The notes below the pieces were generated by a model, which worked only from the letters and a program-made list of their open reading frames with translations, was not told the origin of the DNA and did no database searches. A stretch of DNA of 64,000 bases from Nitrosopumilaceae archaeon (GTDB taxonomy: Archaea > Thermoproteota > Nitrososphaeria > Nitrososphaerales > Nitrosopumilaceae): NCBI GenBank assembly GCA_965207375.1, contig CBDBMG010000002.1:256001-320000 (forward strand), written 5' to 3'. Both the position numbers and the translations under genes were made by a program. Position 1 is the stretch's first letter, and every line of letters begins with the position of its first letter. Shown one piece after another: positions 52,322-64,000 of the stretch.

Positions 52322-53465
52322 AATCATAGGTGTAGTTGCCAGTGGTCTATGAGATTTTGCTCACTCCTCCTTCTCTTGATTGGATAATTCATTGGCTACC
52401 TTATACCAAAATTCTTCATCTTGTTTACAGTTGTCAAAGGTATTAATCTATCAAAAAGACAAAAATCAACTTGGTTTTCAAAAGCATTTCTTACTTTGGG
52501 TGTGATTGCTAGTGATCTGTGGGAGTTTGATTTCTCTTCCTTCTCCTTCTCCAAACACGATAAATATTTGGCTACCTCATCCCAAAATTCTTCATCTTCT
52601 TTACAGTTGTCAAAGTCATTAACCTATCAAATAATTATGATGAAATATATGTATGTATGTAGCTAGCTACCATTAGTTTTCAAAAATAAAATTACTTTGG
52701 GTGTGGTTGCCAGTGGATCGTGGCAGTTAGCCTGCTCCTGCTCCTCCTCTTCATGGTGGGACATTTCTTTTACATCATTGTGCCAGAATTCTTCATTCTC
52801 TTTGCAATTGTCATTCTATTGGAAATGACAACTATAGTATTGATCTTGCATGTGCTCAAACATTTGTAATATCTGCTTCTTACTACTTTGTAACAAATGC
52901 AAGATGAGAAACATACCTGTTCCTCCTGTTCTAGATGGGACAATTGCATTGCAGCAGTATCCCAGAATTCTTTATCTTTCTTGAAGTCATCATCAAATAA
53001 ATTATGGATGCTCATCTATTGAAAAATGTAGTATATAGCTACATCACAACTATATAGCCATGCAGTTGTTGTTATTGCTACTACAGCGATAATGATGCAA
53101 TTTGTAAGCAAGGGTTATTTATAGGATCACAGATACCTGAAGTTCTAAAGGTTCATCTTCCAGTCTCTCTGTTTCTTTACCATGTTTAAAAAGTTCCAAT
53201 ATTTGGTATCCTTCTCTCTTCCGCACCAGCCCCTCCTGCAGGACACACCATACATGCATGGCATGAAGTAGCAGACAAACGTAATATCCCAAAAAGCACT
53301 TGTAGCTAGCTAGCTGGCTACAATAAAATATTGTCATTATCATTACCTTAAACTGCAATGTGTTCTTCACTGAAATGATTGGCTGTTGATCTGCAGGTGT
53401 CAATGACAGTATGTAAAGCCACATTCACTTTTCTCATCTCTGCCCGCACCACTATTTTCATAGCC
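52322..53465 (-). pseudogene. Spliced gene of unknown function with four tandemly duplicated acidic exons, divergent from the Helitron ORF
   Basis: Exons bounded by AG/GT at ~53236-53137, 53015-52917, 52816-52696, 52623-52495 and from 52447. Repeated motif D..K.D(E/K)EFW.....LS..E.EE; some lesions. Confidence 0.6.
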
Positions 53466-53499
53466 AGAGGACAGTAGGATGAGCAGAAATTAATAAATT

Positions 53500-54100
53500 T
53501 ATGTGAAACTGAAATAATTCAGTTTAACAGCCGCGGCGGCGCACTATCGATATGATAAAGCTTAAGTAAATGTACCTGTTACTGGTGATTTGTCATTCCA
53601 CGTTACTTCACATCCATTGTCGTCACTTTGTTCAGAGCTAACAAATCGTGAGGTGACCTTTCCTTTAGTCAGTGTTGAAACATATTTCATACGTCGCGTC
53701 ATACGTACATTTGAGCGACACAATTAATTAACTTTTTATTTGCTTTGATTCTCCTGTTCTTGTCTTCCTTTTCCTGAATTTCCTCCACTTCGGCATTGTA
53801 GATCGAGCAACCCCTCGGAGCAACCAAAAACCTAATGGCAACGGATATCTGTCACAGTTTGAAACCAGAGCTCCGAGTTTGTTTCATGACATGCCTGGAC
53901 ACATTGTATTTGTATATCCGGATATATCCGTAATATTGTGCTATAAAATGTCAAAGTTAAACTTTATCATGCAATTCTGTTCAATGAAAACCTATGCTCG
54001 ATGTGTGTTTGCGTTTCTTAAGTTTTCTGAAGGGAAATCTTTGCTGTTAATAAGCGTTATTCTCGCCCGGTTGTTCTGCAACTTCTTCCGCGAGTAAGTT
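53500..54100. promoter_or_regulatory. CpG-retaining region, putative bidirectional promoter / first exons
   Basis: Locally high CpG between divergent transcription units; + strand donors gagtaag (~54093), caggtaat (~54338), taggtatg (~54464). Confidence 0.4.
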
Positions 54101-54525
54101 TAGTTTTAAATTTGTTTACTTGCAATTTATTTTTACTTTACAGGGATAAACTTAGTAAAGTTGCTGCTGACGAGTAGCCTTAATTTATTTACTCTATCTA
54201 CTGGCAACAAAGGCAATACTAGTACTGCGTTTGTTGGTAAGAATATTGCTGATTATTGTATACATGCGTGTACCTGTATTTGACCTTTTATTAAGGAAAC
54301 TCATCATCGTTTGTACCGTCTTACTGAAGACTAATCAGGTAATACTTCTTTTGCATTATTGTAATTATTATACCAGCCTGATATATATACATATTTTATA
54401 TATACCATTGTTCCCTTTAGATTCAACTTGTCATCAATTAACGGTTGCTTTACTGAACAGATTAGGTATGTACTTTTTTGTTTGTAATGTGAATGTATGA
54501 TGTGTATTGTGTGACTAGTCTAGCC

Positions 54526-54878
54526 TAGGCCTCAGTCAAATATGCTCAAAAATTTGCCCAAAATGCTTTTGGGAATTTCCCAAAAATTTCCCCTATTATG
54601 CTTAGACTTCTTCCTATTATGCTCGATTATGCTAACAGTAATTATAGCTGTGAGATATGTATATACACATAATTTATATAATTAGCTCTATTAACTAAGT
54701 ATACAGCTTTCAGTTAGTTCCTTAACTACACTGCTGTCACAAGGCGTGCCATCTTGAAACAGTTTACTAAAAATTACGATTTATTCCAGGATACTACCCC
54801 AAAATGCCAGCATTATGCTAGCATAGCAGGTCAGCCTATTATGCTTTAAATTATGCCGGCATATTTGACTGAGGCCTA
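54526..54878. mobile_element. hAT-type MITE with 8-bp TSD, upstream of the Helitron ORF
   Basis: 20-bp TIR taggcctcagtcaaatatgc; TSD gtctagcc at 54518-54525 and 54879-54886. Confidence 0.92.
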
Positions 54879-55266
54879 GTCTAGCCCATGGCTGTGGGTT
54901 TGTAATATTAGTATAAAGTATATAAATGTGGTTGTCTCTGTTAGCTTGCTGCATGTATACTATACTATAAGAAATAAATCGTGTTTTGTGAGTCCATGCG
55001 TAATTTGTTTTTAAGTATGATACCTGCAAGGTTGTGCGTGTCAGATAGTTAATTATTGCGTGTAACATGCGAGGCTTATGTTTATTACACGCATGTTGCA
55101 TTTAGCTTGTGGGTAGTTTATACCATAGGTTTACTTACGAAGTAATCTTTTTTGTTCATGTACCACATCAAATATACATAGCTATTTGTTATATTTTATG
55201 TGTATACATGTACTTGTTTACATTTTTACTGATACATTGACAACATTTATAGCTTTACAATACAAA

Positions 55267-58200
55267 ATGATCTCAAAACAACGTAAGCGTCGTTACTATC
55301 GCAAAAAAATCTACCAGATGAAACAAACTGAAGAATCTCAAGACAGTAACATGATCAATGATGATCAAAATACTAACAAAGTTGATACTCAAGATTGTAA
55401 CATGAGCAGTGATGACCAAGATAATGACAAAGTCAATGATGCTCAAGATAATAATGAAAAACGTCGTTAGAACAACAGGAAAGATGAAACTAATTTAAAA
55501 CGACGCCAATCTTATCTTGTAAACCCTGCTGGTATTCGCCATAGGGTCAAAGAATCATACCATAAAAATCCTACTCCAAAAAGACAAAGAATGAAACAAG
55601 CATACACCAGCAATCCATCTCCTATTCGTCACAGAGTTAGGGAAGCATACAAGAAGAATCCGTCTCCTGTACGTAGGAGGGTAAAGCATGCCTATAGCCA
55701 ACATGCAAAACCTGTTAAGAAACGAGTTAGGGACTCTTATCAGTCTAACCCTTCACCAATACGAAAACGTGCTCGTCTTTCATATGCTGCAAATCCTTCA
55801 CCCATCAAGAAGAGAGTGTTAAGAAGGTATCGTGATCATCCCTCTCCATTTAAGGAGCGTTCAAAACAAGTTTACCATTCCAACGTAACTGCTAGTAGAT
55901 CTCTACGACGTAAGCGATATTCTGAAGATCCTTTCCCTGCTTTGAAAAGGTCTCAACTATATTACAGACAACATCAAAATGAAGTGCTAAAGAGATCTAT
56001 GCATCGCAGACATGCAACTTCAGCTGCACTTGCTATTTGGAATAAATATGACTGAATTTTCCATAGAAAATTTGGTCAATATGGTACATACAAAGAATAT
56101 GTTGAAAAGGTCCTTAGAAAGCTTGGATTGCGAAACAAAGCTACCAATAAGCTGAAAGCTCAACTGTTAGTACGGTCATGTCTGCAACAGCTCAGCCTTT
56201 ACAAGCATAGATTTATGACATCTTTTGACAGGTTACAGAACATGGTTAAAGCTTCAGTCAGTAAAGCTACTGAAGTGGCTACTACAGATCTGGAGGTGTT
56301 AGACATATTCTGTGGTGGGAGTCTGCATACAAGCAACACAGAGTTGTATAATTGTGGACCATGTTACAACCCTGAAGCTTTTAGAGAAGACGGAATATTG
56401 GATTTGGAGAAATTTCCAAGTACCGAAATTAACTATGTTGGAGACAAATGCGTTGCAACTTGGGAATGCTGTTTAGATCCACCTCTTTGTAAGCTTGATA
56501 CTGCAGTAATATTAACCAAGTTACGCTCAATATATTCAAGCATTATCGATTGTTCTGCCAATGCCACTCGCAAATATATGAAACATATGGATGACTGTTC
56601 AAGTAGCAAATTAAGGGACAAATCTTTACAGGGTCATCCACTCGAGTGTTATTTATCTTCACCTCCATGTGCCTCAGAGTTGCTGTACCTATGCATTTTA
56701 GCACCACATTTCCCTGCTATCCGCCGTATTGTTATGACTATATATGAAGTGCGGAGGTATGACCGTAGAATAACTGAAATAGAATATGCTTTGCGGTATG
56801 GTCACTTGGATAAAATATTAGAAATTGTAAAGGAAGCCTGGACTATTCGAATGAGACTATATGATGTTTCAGCTGAGGTTTTAAATGAAAAGAGCATCTA
56901 TGAAACTTACAATAAAGCTTTCTCAAAGTTTAATAAAAGGTGTGAAGATGTAGCCAAATATCCTTGCATTTCATGTGATAAGCTATGCTTTCTGAGAGAA
57001 TGTTCACGTGTAGGTCATTTAAAGGTAGTTCCATCCAACAGACACTGGAAGGATCTTTTGGAATTCAATGAAACTAGGCCTGATTTCGACGACACTCTTC
57101 TGAATGATCATATATGTGACTATTGCATTGAATATTTTAGATCAGATAGACTGCCACCGCGATGTATTTTAAATGGATTGGATTTTGGTGGTACTGTCCC
57201 AGAAGAAATTAAACTTTTAAATACTTACGAGAGGGTACTTATACAGAGAGCAAAGTGTTTTCAAACTGTTACCAGGATGGGTACGGTTGCCAAGAGACAT
57301 TTACCATCTACTCACAGGATTCGGAAGATCCGTGGTACTACATTCCATCTGCCATTGCCTTTGCAAGAAACATTGAAGAGATTGCCAGAACCACATCAAC
57401 CTCTGGCAGATACTAGTGAATTATATATTCTACTGCGTAGCATCCCAACTAAGGCAAATGTAATATGGCAAGATTTGGTTGATGTTCACAAGGTATACCG
57501 TGCTTTGCAAAAGCTGAAAGAAATTAACCATCTCTATTTTGCAATTGTAATGCCGGGACAACCTCATGAACTTCAGTTGGAAATGCAAATTGAAGAATTT
57601 TCTGCTACATCTGAGGATGCTATGATCCAACAAATTGCTGAACATGAAGAGGCTGCTTTGTATGAGCAATACACCATTAATGCACTTCATGCACCCAGAC
57701 AAAATGAGAAAGCCACTGCTCTTTATCAATTGCTTAAGGTTAATGAAGCTCCTCTTGACAGCCGCACCAAGTATTTGGATATGCTTTGTTTTCCAGATTT
57801 GTATCCACATGGCATAGGAGGCCAGACAAGTCACAGAGAAGTACCACTAAACCCGGCTGAGTATGTCAAATGTATTCTGATGTCCCGTGATTCACGATTT
57901 CGATTGAATCAACAGTTCATTTTTTATTTGTTACACCAAGCCACCTTGCGACAGATAGCTAGCGGGATATATCATAAGCTTAAAGTAACCCGTCCTAAAG
58001 AAAAGCTCACTGCTGCACGGTGTCTGCAGTTACTGTCCAGGGATGAATTGGAGGGAAACCTTACAACAATATTTTCACGACTACGTAACACTGAACAGTA
58101 TTGGATCTGCCCTCGCAATGATTTAAATTGCATGATGTTTCATTACAGACCTGCTACTTGGTTCATCACTCTGAGCCCGGGTGAATGGCTTTGGGAAGAC

Positions 58201-59700
58201 CTTGGTGCCTACTTGCGTGAGCTAAATCCTGAAATGAGTGATTCGACTATCAGTGAATTAGTGGTTGCATATCCAGTTTCCACATCTAGGTTTATCGACA
58301 ACAAATTTAAAGCTGTACTGGAGTTTCTTTTGTTCCACAAAGTTCCTGTTGAGAAACGTCCCTTGGGTAATGTTATTCACTACTGTGTTAGACGTGAATA
58401 CCAGGGAAGGGGACTTCAACATTTTCATCTACAATTGTGGATAGAAGGTGCTCCACTCATAGGTGAAAGAACAACAGACGAGGACGAGATATGTACATTC
58501 ATTGCAAAATATGCTACTTGTCAAATCCCTGACCCAACATTGTGTCCTACACTCTATGAACGTGTCATGAGGTTTCAGCAACACAAGTGTAATGATTATT
58601 GTTTACGAAGTAAAAAAATAAAAACTGGCTTCAAGAAAGCATGTCGATTTGGCTTTCCAAGACCTCAGCGTGAAAAAATGCATCTCCGCAGTGTTGTGGA
58701 AGCTGTGGCAGGTAGGAAGTGTTTAAAGGCTAATTCCCGTCTGTATGATCTTCCTCGCAAAAGTAATGCAATAAGAATAAATGATTACAACCCTGCCATT
58801 TTGCTTGCCTGGGAAGGTAACATGGACATCCAGTACATTGGAGAGAATTCAGCTATTCTGAACTGGTATTGCACCAAGTACACAACCAAAGCAGAAAAAA
58901 GTCACTGTATACAGGTGTTTGATGACATTACCTCCACCAAATCACTAGCCAGTAGATTATGGAATGTTGCACTTAGGAGCCTTTCTCACAGAGAATGTGG
59001 AGCACTTGAAGCTGCTGACACACTCTTAGGAATCTCTCTGTTCAGCACTGATAAAAATACTACCATTCGATGGGTTGATGTTAACATGGTGCGCAGTAGA
59101 AAATTGAAAGATAGAGCAACAATTGAAGCTCTAGATGATGAATCCTCAGACATTTTCTTTCCTTCGTGGGTTGACAGCTATTATCCTAACAGGGCTGAAG
59201 AACTTGTAGGCATGCATCTGTATGATTTCTTGGCTTGGCAAGTCTGGGAGCGAAAAGAGCCAAGTAAAAACACTATGTACTATCCATTCATGGGTGGTTT
59301 CTTGAAAAAGAGGGACCGCCCATATCTGCTTAATCACTACAAATACAGTGTCAGTGAAGAACCAGAGAAATACTACTACTCATTATTGCTTCTTTTCAAA
59401 CCATGGAGGGACTGTGAAAGTCTATTGGGTGGTTGTGAAACGTATGCTGAAGCATTTCATTCCTTCACAGCTGAATCTACAGATGCTGTAAATTACCACA
59501 ATCACTTACAGCAATACCAAGGCAAAGACAAGACCATTAGGATGGAAATAGACAAGTGTCGTACTCAGATGGAGATTGAAGAACAAAATTCCAACAAAGA
59601 GGCACATGAAAATGATCCATTACTGCATGGGGTTTCAGAGGCTAAGGAAGCTATGGCAGATTTTGAAGCTGCTTTGATAGATCATGACGACACATGTTAA
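55267..59700 (+). pseudogene. Helitron/Helentron Rep (HUH endonuclease) with N-terminal 15-aa Y..NPSP repeats; two in-frame stops (55468, 56053)
   Basis: ORFs 55186, 55591 and 56128 share one frame. Motifs: CFPDLYPHG, PATWFITLS (1), EYQGRGLQHFH (HUH), CRFGFP, YNPAILLAWEGNMDIQ, YCTKYTTK (catalytic Tyr pair). Confidence 0.93.
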
Positions 59701-61290
59701 TGCAATGATAGAAAATTTAAATGAAGATCAGTTGAGGGTATTTGACACAGTTAGAAACAGTGTGCACACCCAGTGCCTGACATCACAAGCTGACAATGCA
59801 GAGCCATTGCGAATGTTCATCAGTGGATGTGGTGGTACTGGCAAGAGTTATCTAATTAAGACAATCAAAGCATGGGTTTGCTCAGCAACTGACAAACATG
59901 TTGCAGTCACTACTCCAACAGGAATTGCTGCATTCAACATAAACGGCCTAACCATTCATCGGTTATTGCAGTTACCTGTGGAGCATGGCAAAACTCCACA
60001 GTATCGTCCACTATCAGATAACAGCCTCAAAATTGTTAGGCAACGCCTGCATAATTTGATATTGCTCATAATAGATGAGATCTCAATGGTTAGTCATGTT
60101 ACTTTGCTATATATACATCTCCGATTGACTGAGATATTTCAAACAGAAGAAATGGAAAATGGTTGGTTCGGTTGCAAAAATATACTGGTGTTTGGTGATT
60201 TGTTACAGTTACCACCTGTATTTGAAAGTCCAGTGTACATTCCACTGACATCTACCATTGTTAACAAACACACTAGTTCTGTAGGAGGTGCTGATATCTG
60301 GAGCCGATTGTTCAGCTATGATGAACTTACTATCAACATGAAACAGAAGGAACACGGTGAATTTATTGAACTACTTGGTAGGGTTCGGTTAGGTGCACTT
60401 TCAGCGAGTGATATCAAAATATTGTCAAATTGTAAGATACCGCTTAGGAGTGACACAGTGAACGGACGCATGAAGGAAATCGTGTCCAAGCTTGCAGAGC
60501 TACCAGAGGACACAGTATGTCTATTGCCAACTAGACATATGTGTGAACAGATCAATGCAGAGGTGCTGAAGGGTCTTACTGGTAAACAGTATAGTATTGT
60601 TGCAGAAGACAGTGTAGACTGTTCAGCAACCCTTTTGCAGAAAGTTAAACAAAAACTAGCAAAATATTCAGAAGACTCCACTCACACTGCCGGTCTAGAG
60701 AATATGATTACTATAAAAGTAGGCTGTAAAGTTATGCTACGACGCAACATAGATGTCACTTTGGGATTGGTTAATGGAGCAATTGGAACGATTCGCAATG
60801 TTCAACGGTGCATTGATCATGCAAACAAGATGGATACTGTAACCATCATGTTCAGTAACAATCAAGAGCATCACTTGAAAAGGGTCACTACTAAGTTTGA
60901 GGTGTTTGACAAGGTATATGTCATTCGCTCTCAGTTTCCTATAACCACTGCATATGCCATAACAATACACAAGAGCCAAGGGCTCATACTCAACCATGTT
61001 TTAACAGACATCGGCAACACTATCTTCACCTGTGGTCAAGCTTATGTAGCTCTTTCAAGAGTTAAAAGTATTGAAGGCCTGCACCTAATCAACTTTGATC
61101 CTAGATCTATCAAGGCATTGGATTCAGCAATTTTAGAGTATAATCAGCTTAGAAAAGATTTCAGGTCTAACATGCAACCATTTGTTCTCCCTAAACGACG
61201 TCCCAAAGCAATTGATGATAGACAGTGGTGCACAATCAGGTCTGCATCTGCAGTACAACAACCTGTCAACCAACCAGCTCAAGATGTTAC
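59684..61290 (+). CDS. Helitron Pif1-family SF1 helicase domain
   Basis: LNEDQ, GCGGTGKS, PTGIAA, IIDEISMV, FGDLLQLPPV, VMLRRN..GLVNG, QFP...AYAITIHKSQG, GQAYVALSRV. Confidence 0.95.
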
Positions 61291-61294
61291 CTTC

Positions 61295-62085
61295 AAGGGC
61301 AAGGGATTTGTCAACTCTGATGGCGTCTCTAGTTACGCTAATTCAGTTATGCAATGCCTATTGTTGTCTCCTGCTGTATGTCAGGCTATGCAGCAGAGCA
61401 CCAGTACAGCTATCAAGGACATGTGTGATGCATATACATCAACGGCTGAGTGTAATTTGGATTGTCTACAGCTCCGGCAAGAACTAGGAGCGCCTTTTGA
61501 TAGACCACATACTCAAAGTCCTGTTGCATTTTTACAAGCACTAGTACACCATTCATCACACTTAAGCTCCGCACTTTAGCATACTGTGAGATTGCACATT
61601 CAGTGTACCCACTGTAACATTGCTAGTTTTACTGAAAACCAACAGCACATCATTCCACTATCCATTCCGACATCAGTGAAAAGCTTGAAATTGACCAAAC
61701 TAATGCAAATGTACATGGATTGGACTCAGTCAGCAGATAAGTTCTGTGATGTTTGCGAGCATCCAGTGAAAGTGCGTACAGAAATTGTAAATGCCAAACA
61801 TGTACTGATATTGCAGATGGATGTGTGGAGTAGCATTGATGATAATGCTATCAAGCGAAAGACAAACATCATATCCTTACCAGATAGTTCAATTACAATA
61901 GGTAGTAGTACATACAAACTCATGTCAGCTGTTAGCCTTTTGCCCAGCACTAGACCAAGCTGTCATTACTTCACCATACTGTCAACTAAAGGAAGAAAGT
62001 GGCTACATTTTCAGGATCTGGCTGCCTCTACTGCCCCTTGGCCTCGTGGAGGAAAAGATGTGCTAATACTATTTTATCACCTTAA
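61295..62085 (+). pseudogene. USP (peptidase C19)-like domain 1, degenerate; in frame with helicase, TAG at 61577
   Basis: GFVNSDGVSSYANSVMQCL (Ser at the Cys position), CTHC/CDVC zinc-ribbon pairs, Y.L.S...CHY...W..F.D...LILFY. Confidence 0.78.
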
Positions 62086-62399
62086 AAATACTGTTGCATC
62101 CATGAAAACAACAGCAGCTAAGGACAGTAGCAGAAGAGAAGCTGGGCATTGCACTACAACATCACCACAAACCATTTTTGCTAAATCGCACAGAATGAAG
62201 ACAACCACATCCGTATCAACCGAAGCTGCCACAACTACACCAACAACTATGACATACACAACAGCAAATTTCACAACTACAACTGGACCTACTACAGTAT
62301 CTCCAACAGCAACCCCAACAGTGGGTACAGCAACAACTACAACCAACACTGCAGCTGAGTGTGGCACAACATCAGGAGGCACCAGTTTGACTTTTAACA

Positions 62400-63220
62400 A
62401 GTGTAAGGGGTTTACCAACAATGATGGTGTTTTGTGTTATGCAAACTCAATATTACAATGCTTATTGCAGCACAGGTCTGTCAGAAATGCATGTGTAATT
62501 AGTAGATATTCTGTGCTTCGTGATTTGACTCATAACTATGTTGATCCTACAAAGGTCGACCTTCTTACCAGCAGATCTGTTCGTAAACTGCTTCGAGCAC
62601 CCTTTTCTGTTAATAGACAACAAGATGCAGCTGAATTTTTAGAAGCATTAGCCATGTTCTGTACACCTTTAAAAAACTGCTTACAGTATACCATTACAAC
62701 ATACCTACGATGTTCCAACTGCACATACACAAGCAGTAGACATGAAGCTAACACTATCTTGCCATTAGTGATACCAGCTGACTCAACCACAGTGAGATTA
62801 CACGATTTATTGGCAAAATTAAGCGATTGGGAAACCATGCTGGGCTCACACTGCAATACATGCAATGCCGATGGAGCTGTTTTTCAGACACGTCAAGAAC
62901 TGGTTGGAGCTAGTGAACTTATTGTTGTACAGCTTAAGTTGTACGTGATTGGAGTAGATGGAATACCACACAAACTAAGAGTTTCTATAGACGATTTCAC
63001 CAGCAGTACTATAACTGTGCAAGGGCAGTGCTACAAAGTGCACAACATTGTTAGCCATCATGGCCCTAGTGCACTCTCAGGTCATTACACCTCCTATCAC
63101 AAGCAGAATAGAGGATGGACATTGGTCAATGATTATCATTTAACAAGGGCATTAGAACCAGAAACCAACAGTGATGTTTATATTTTATTCTATGCCAAAC
63201 AACCTCCAGGTCATCGCTGA
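62400..63220 (+). CDS. USP (peptidase C19) domain 2 with intact catalytic boxes
   Basis: Cys box GFTNNDGVLCYANSILQCL, QQDAAEFL, CSNC/CNTC, His box HHGPSALSGHYTSY, W.LVND, YILFY. Confidence 0.9.
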
Positions 63221-63349
63221 TTGCTTTTAGATGTTCATGTTCTTCATGCATGTTAAACTGGGTGAAGAAGATGATAGAATTCACTCACTGATCAGTACCA
63301 CATTGTAGCTGCATGTATTGTCTTGATTATCTTGTATGTTTTTTTTATA

Positions 63350-63596
63350 TAGGTAAATGATGATAACAACAACAACGGTGTTTATGAAATCAAAGTGTTT
63401 GTAAAGTTGATGATGATGATGATGATATGAAGAAGATGATGATGATTATGTTGATGATGATAAGGATGATGACGACGATGATGATGATTTTACGTGGTGG
63501 TGGAGGGGATGGTGGTGGTGGGGCCCGAAATCAGCAACCTCCACGGTGGTGGGCCCTGGACACAATGCTCGTTTAGCATTGTGACTAATAGCTGAC
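63350..63596 (+). repeat. Right copy of inverted paralogous segment: (GAT)n + Gly-rich + QQPPRWWALDTM
   Basis: Reverse complement of 49758-49975. Confidence 0.85.
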
Positions 63597-64000
63597 TTAC
63601 CATACGTAAATGACCACCCTCCTGAATGTGTCATAGAACCACAACAGTCAATATCCAATACCCCACTGAAGAAAATATTTTAATGGCAGGCATCTTCAGA
63701 GAAAGTTCAAGAAACTACACTTAATAATACTGTAACAATTCTTAGTTTTATATGAATTTATTAAAGTACAGCTATACATATATATAGTTAAAGAATTAAA
63801 CCATATTAAAGGTTACACTAACATATGTGCAAGGAAGGTATGTATGCATAGCTACATAGTCTGCCACTCCAAACTCTCTTGCTAGGTAGCTAGCGAGCTA
63901 CTTGTTTTGTATTGCTGTGTTTAACCATCTTTGCAGAGAAATTCTTGTATGTTGTCATAACTATATGCACAGCAACTGATTACTGGGTGTAATTGTATGT

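Noticed and set aside
61577-61579. Programmed readthrough stop between helicase and USP part
   Set aside because: It falls inside USP domain 1 and is one C>T change from CAG like the other stops; decay is simpler.
59684-63220. Host PIF1 or host USP gene
   Set aside because: Intronless, contiguous with an HUH Rep and carrying decay stops; transposon-borne.
55267-63220. Polinton/Maverick or endogenous virus
   Set aside because: No pPolB, integrase, capsid or packaging ATPase motifs; the motifs are Helitron Rep-Hel.

Overview
Repeat-dense, AT-rich eukaryotic DNA (short GT-AG introns, microsatellites, CpG-decayed transposons). The element repertoire suggests a marine invertebrate, possibly a sponge (inference only). 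No prokaryotic operons, rRNA or tRNA genes, or CRISPR array were found. Contents: a decayed Ty3/Gypsy LTR retrotransposon with an exact tRNA-iMet primer-binding site; several DIRS/Ngaro tyrosine-recombinase retroelement remnants; a complete 2.36-kb hAT transposon (TIRs, 8-bp TSD) whose transposase has a clean 182-bp inversion of the segment carrying the last catalytic Glu; a Kolobok/Mutator-like DDE + YqaJ pseudogene; Penelope and LINE scraps; many MITEs and non-autonomous Helitron/Helentron derivatives, two of them fold-back dimers; and a BTB-pentapeptide gene that reads into a hairpin satellite. The most notable feature (55.3-63.2 kb) is a lightly decayed Helentron-type Rep-Pif1 rolling-circle transposon ORF whose C-terminus carries two tandem USP (peptidase C19) deubiquitinase domains instead of the usual endonuclease. 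It is paired with a divergent spliced gene and bracketed by inverted paralogous Asp/Gly-rich exon-like segments.
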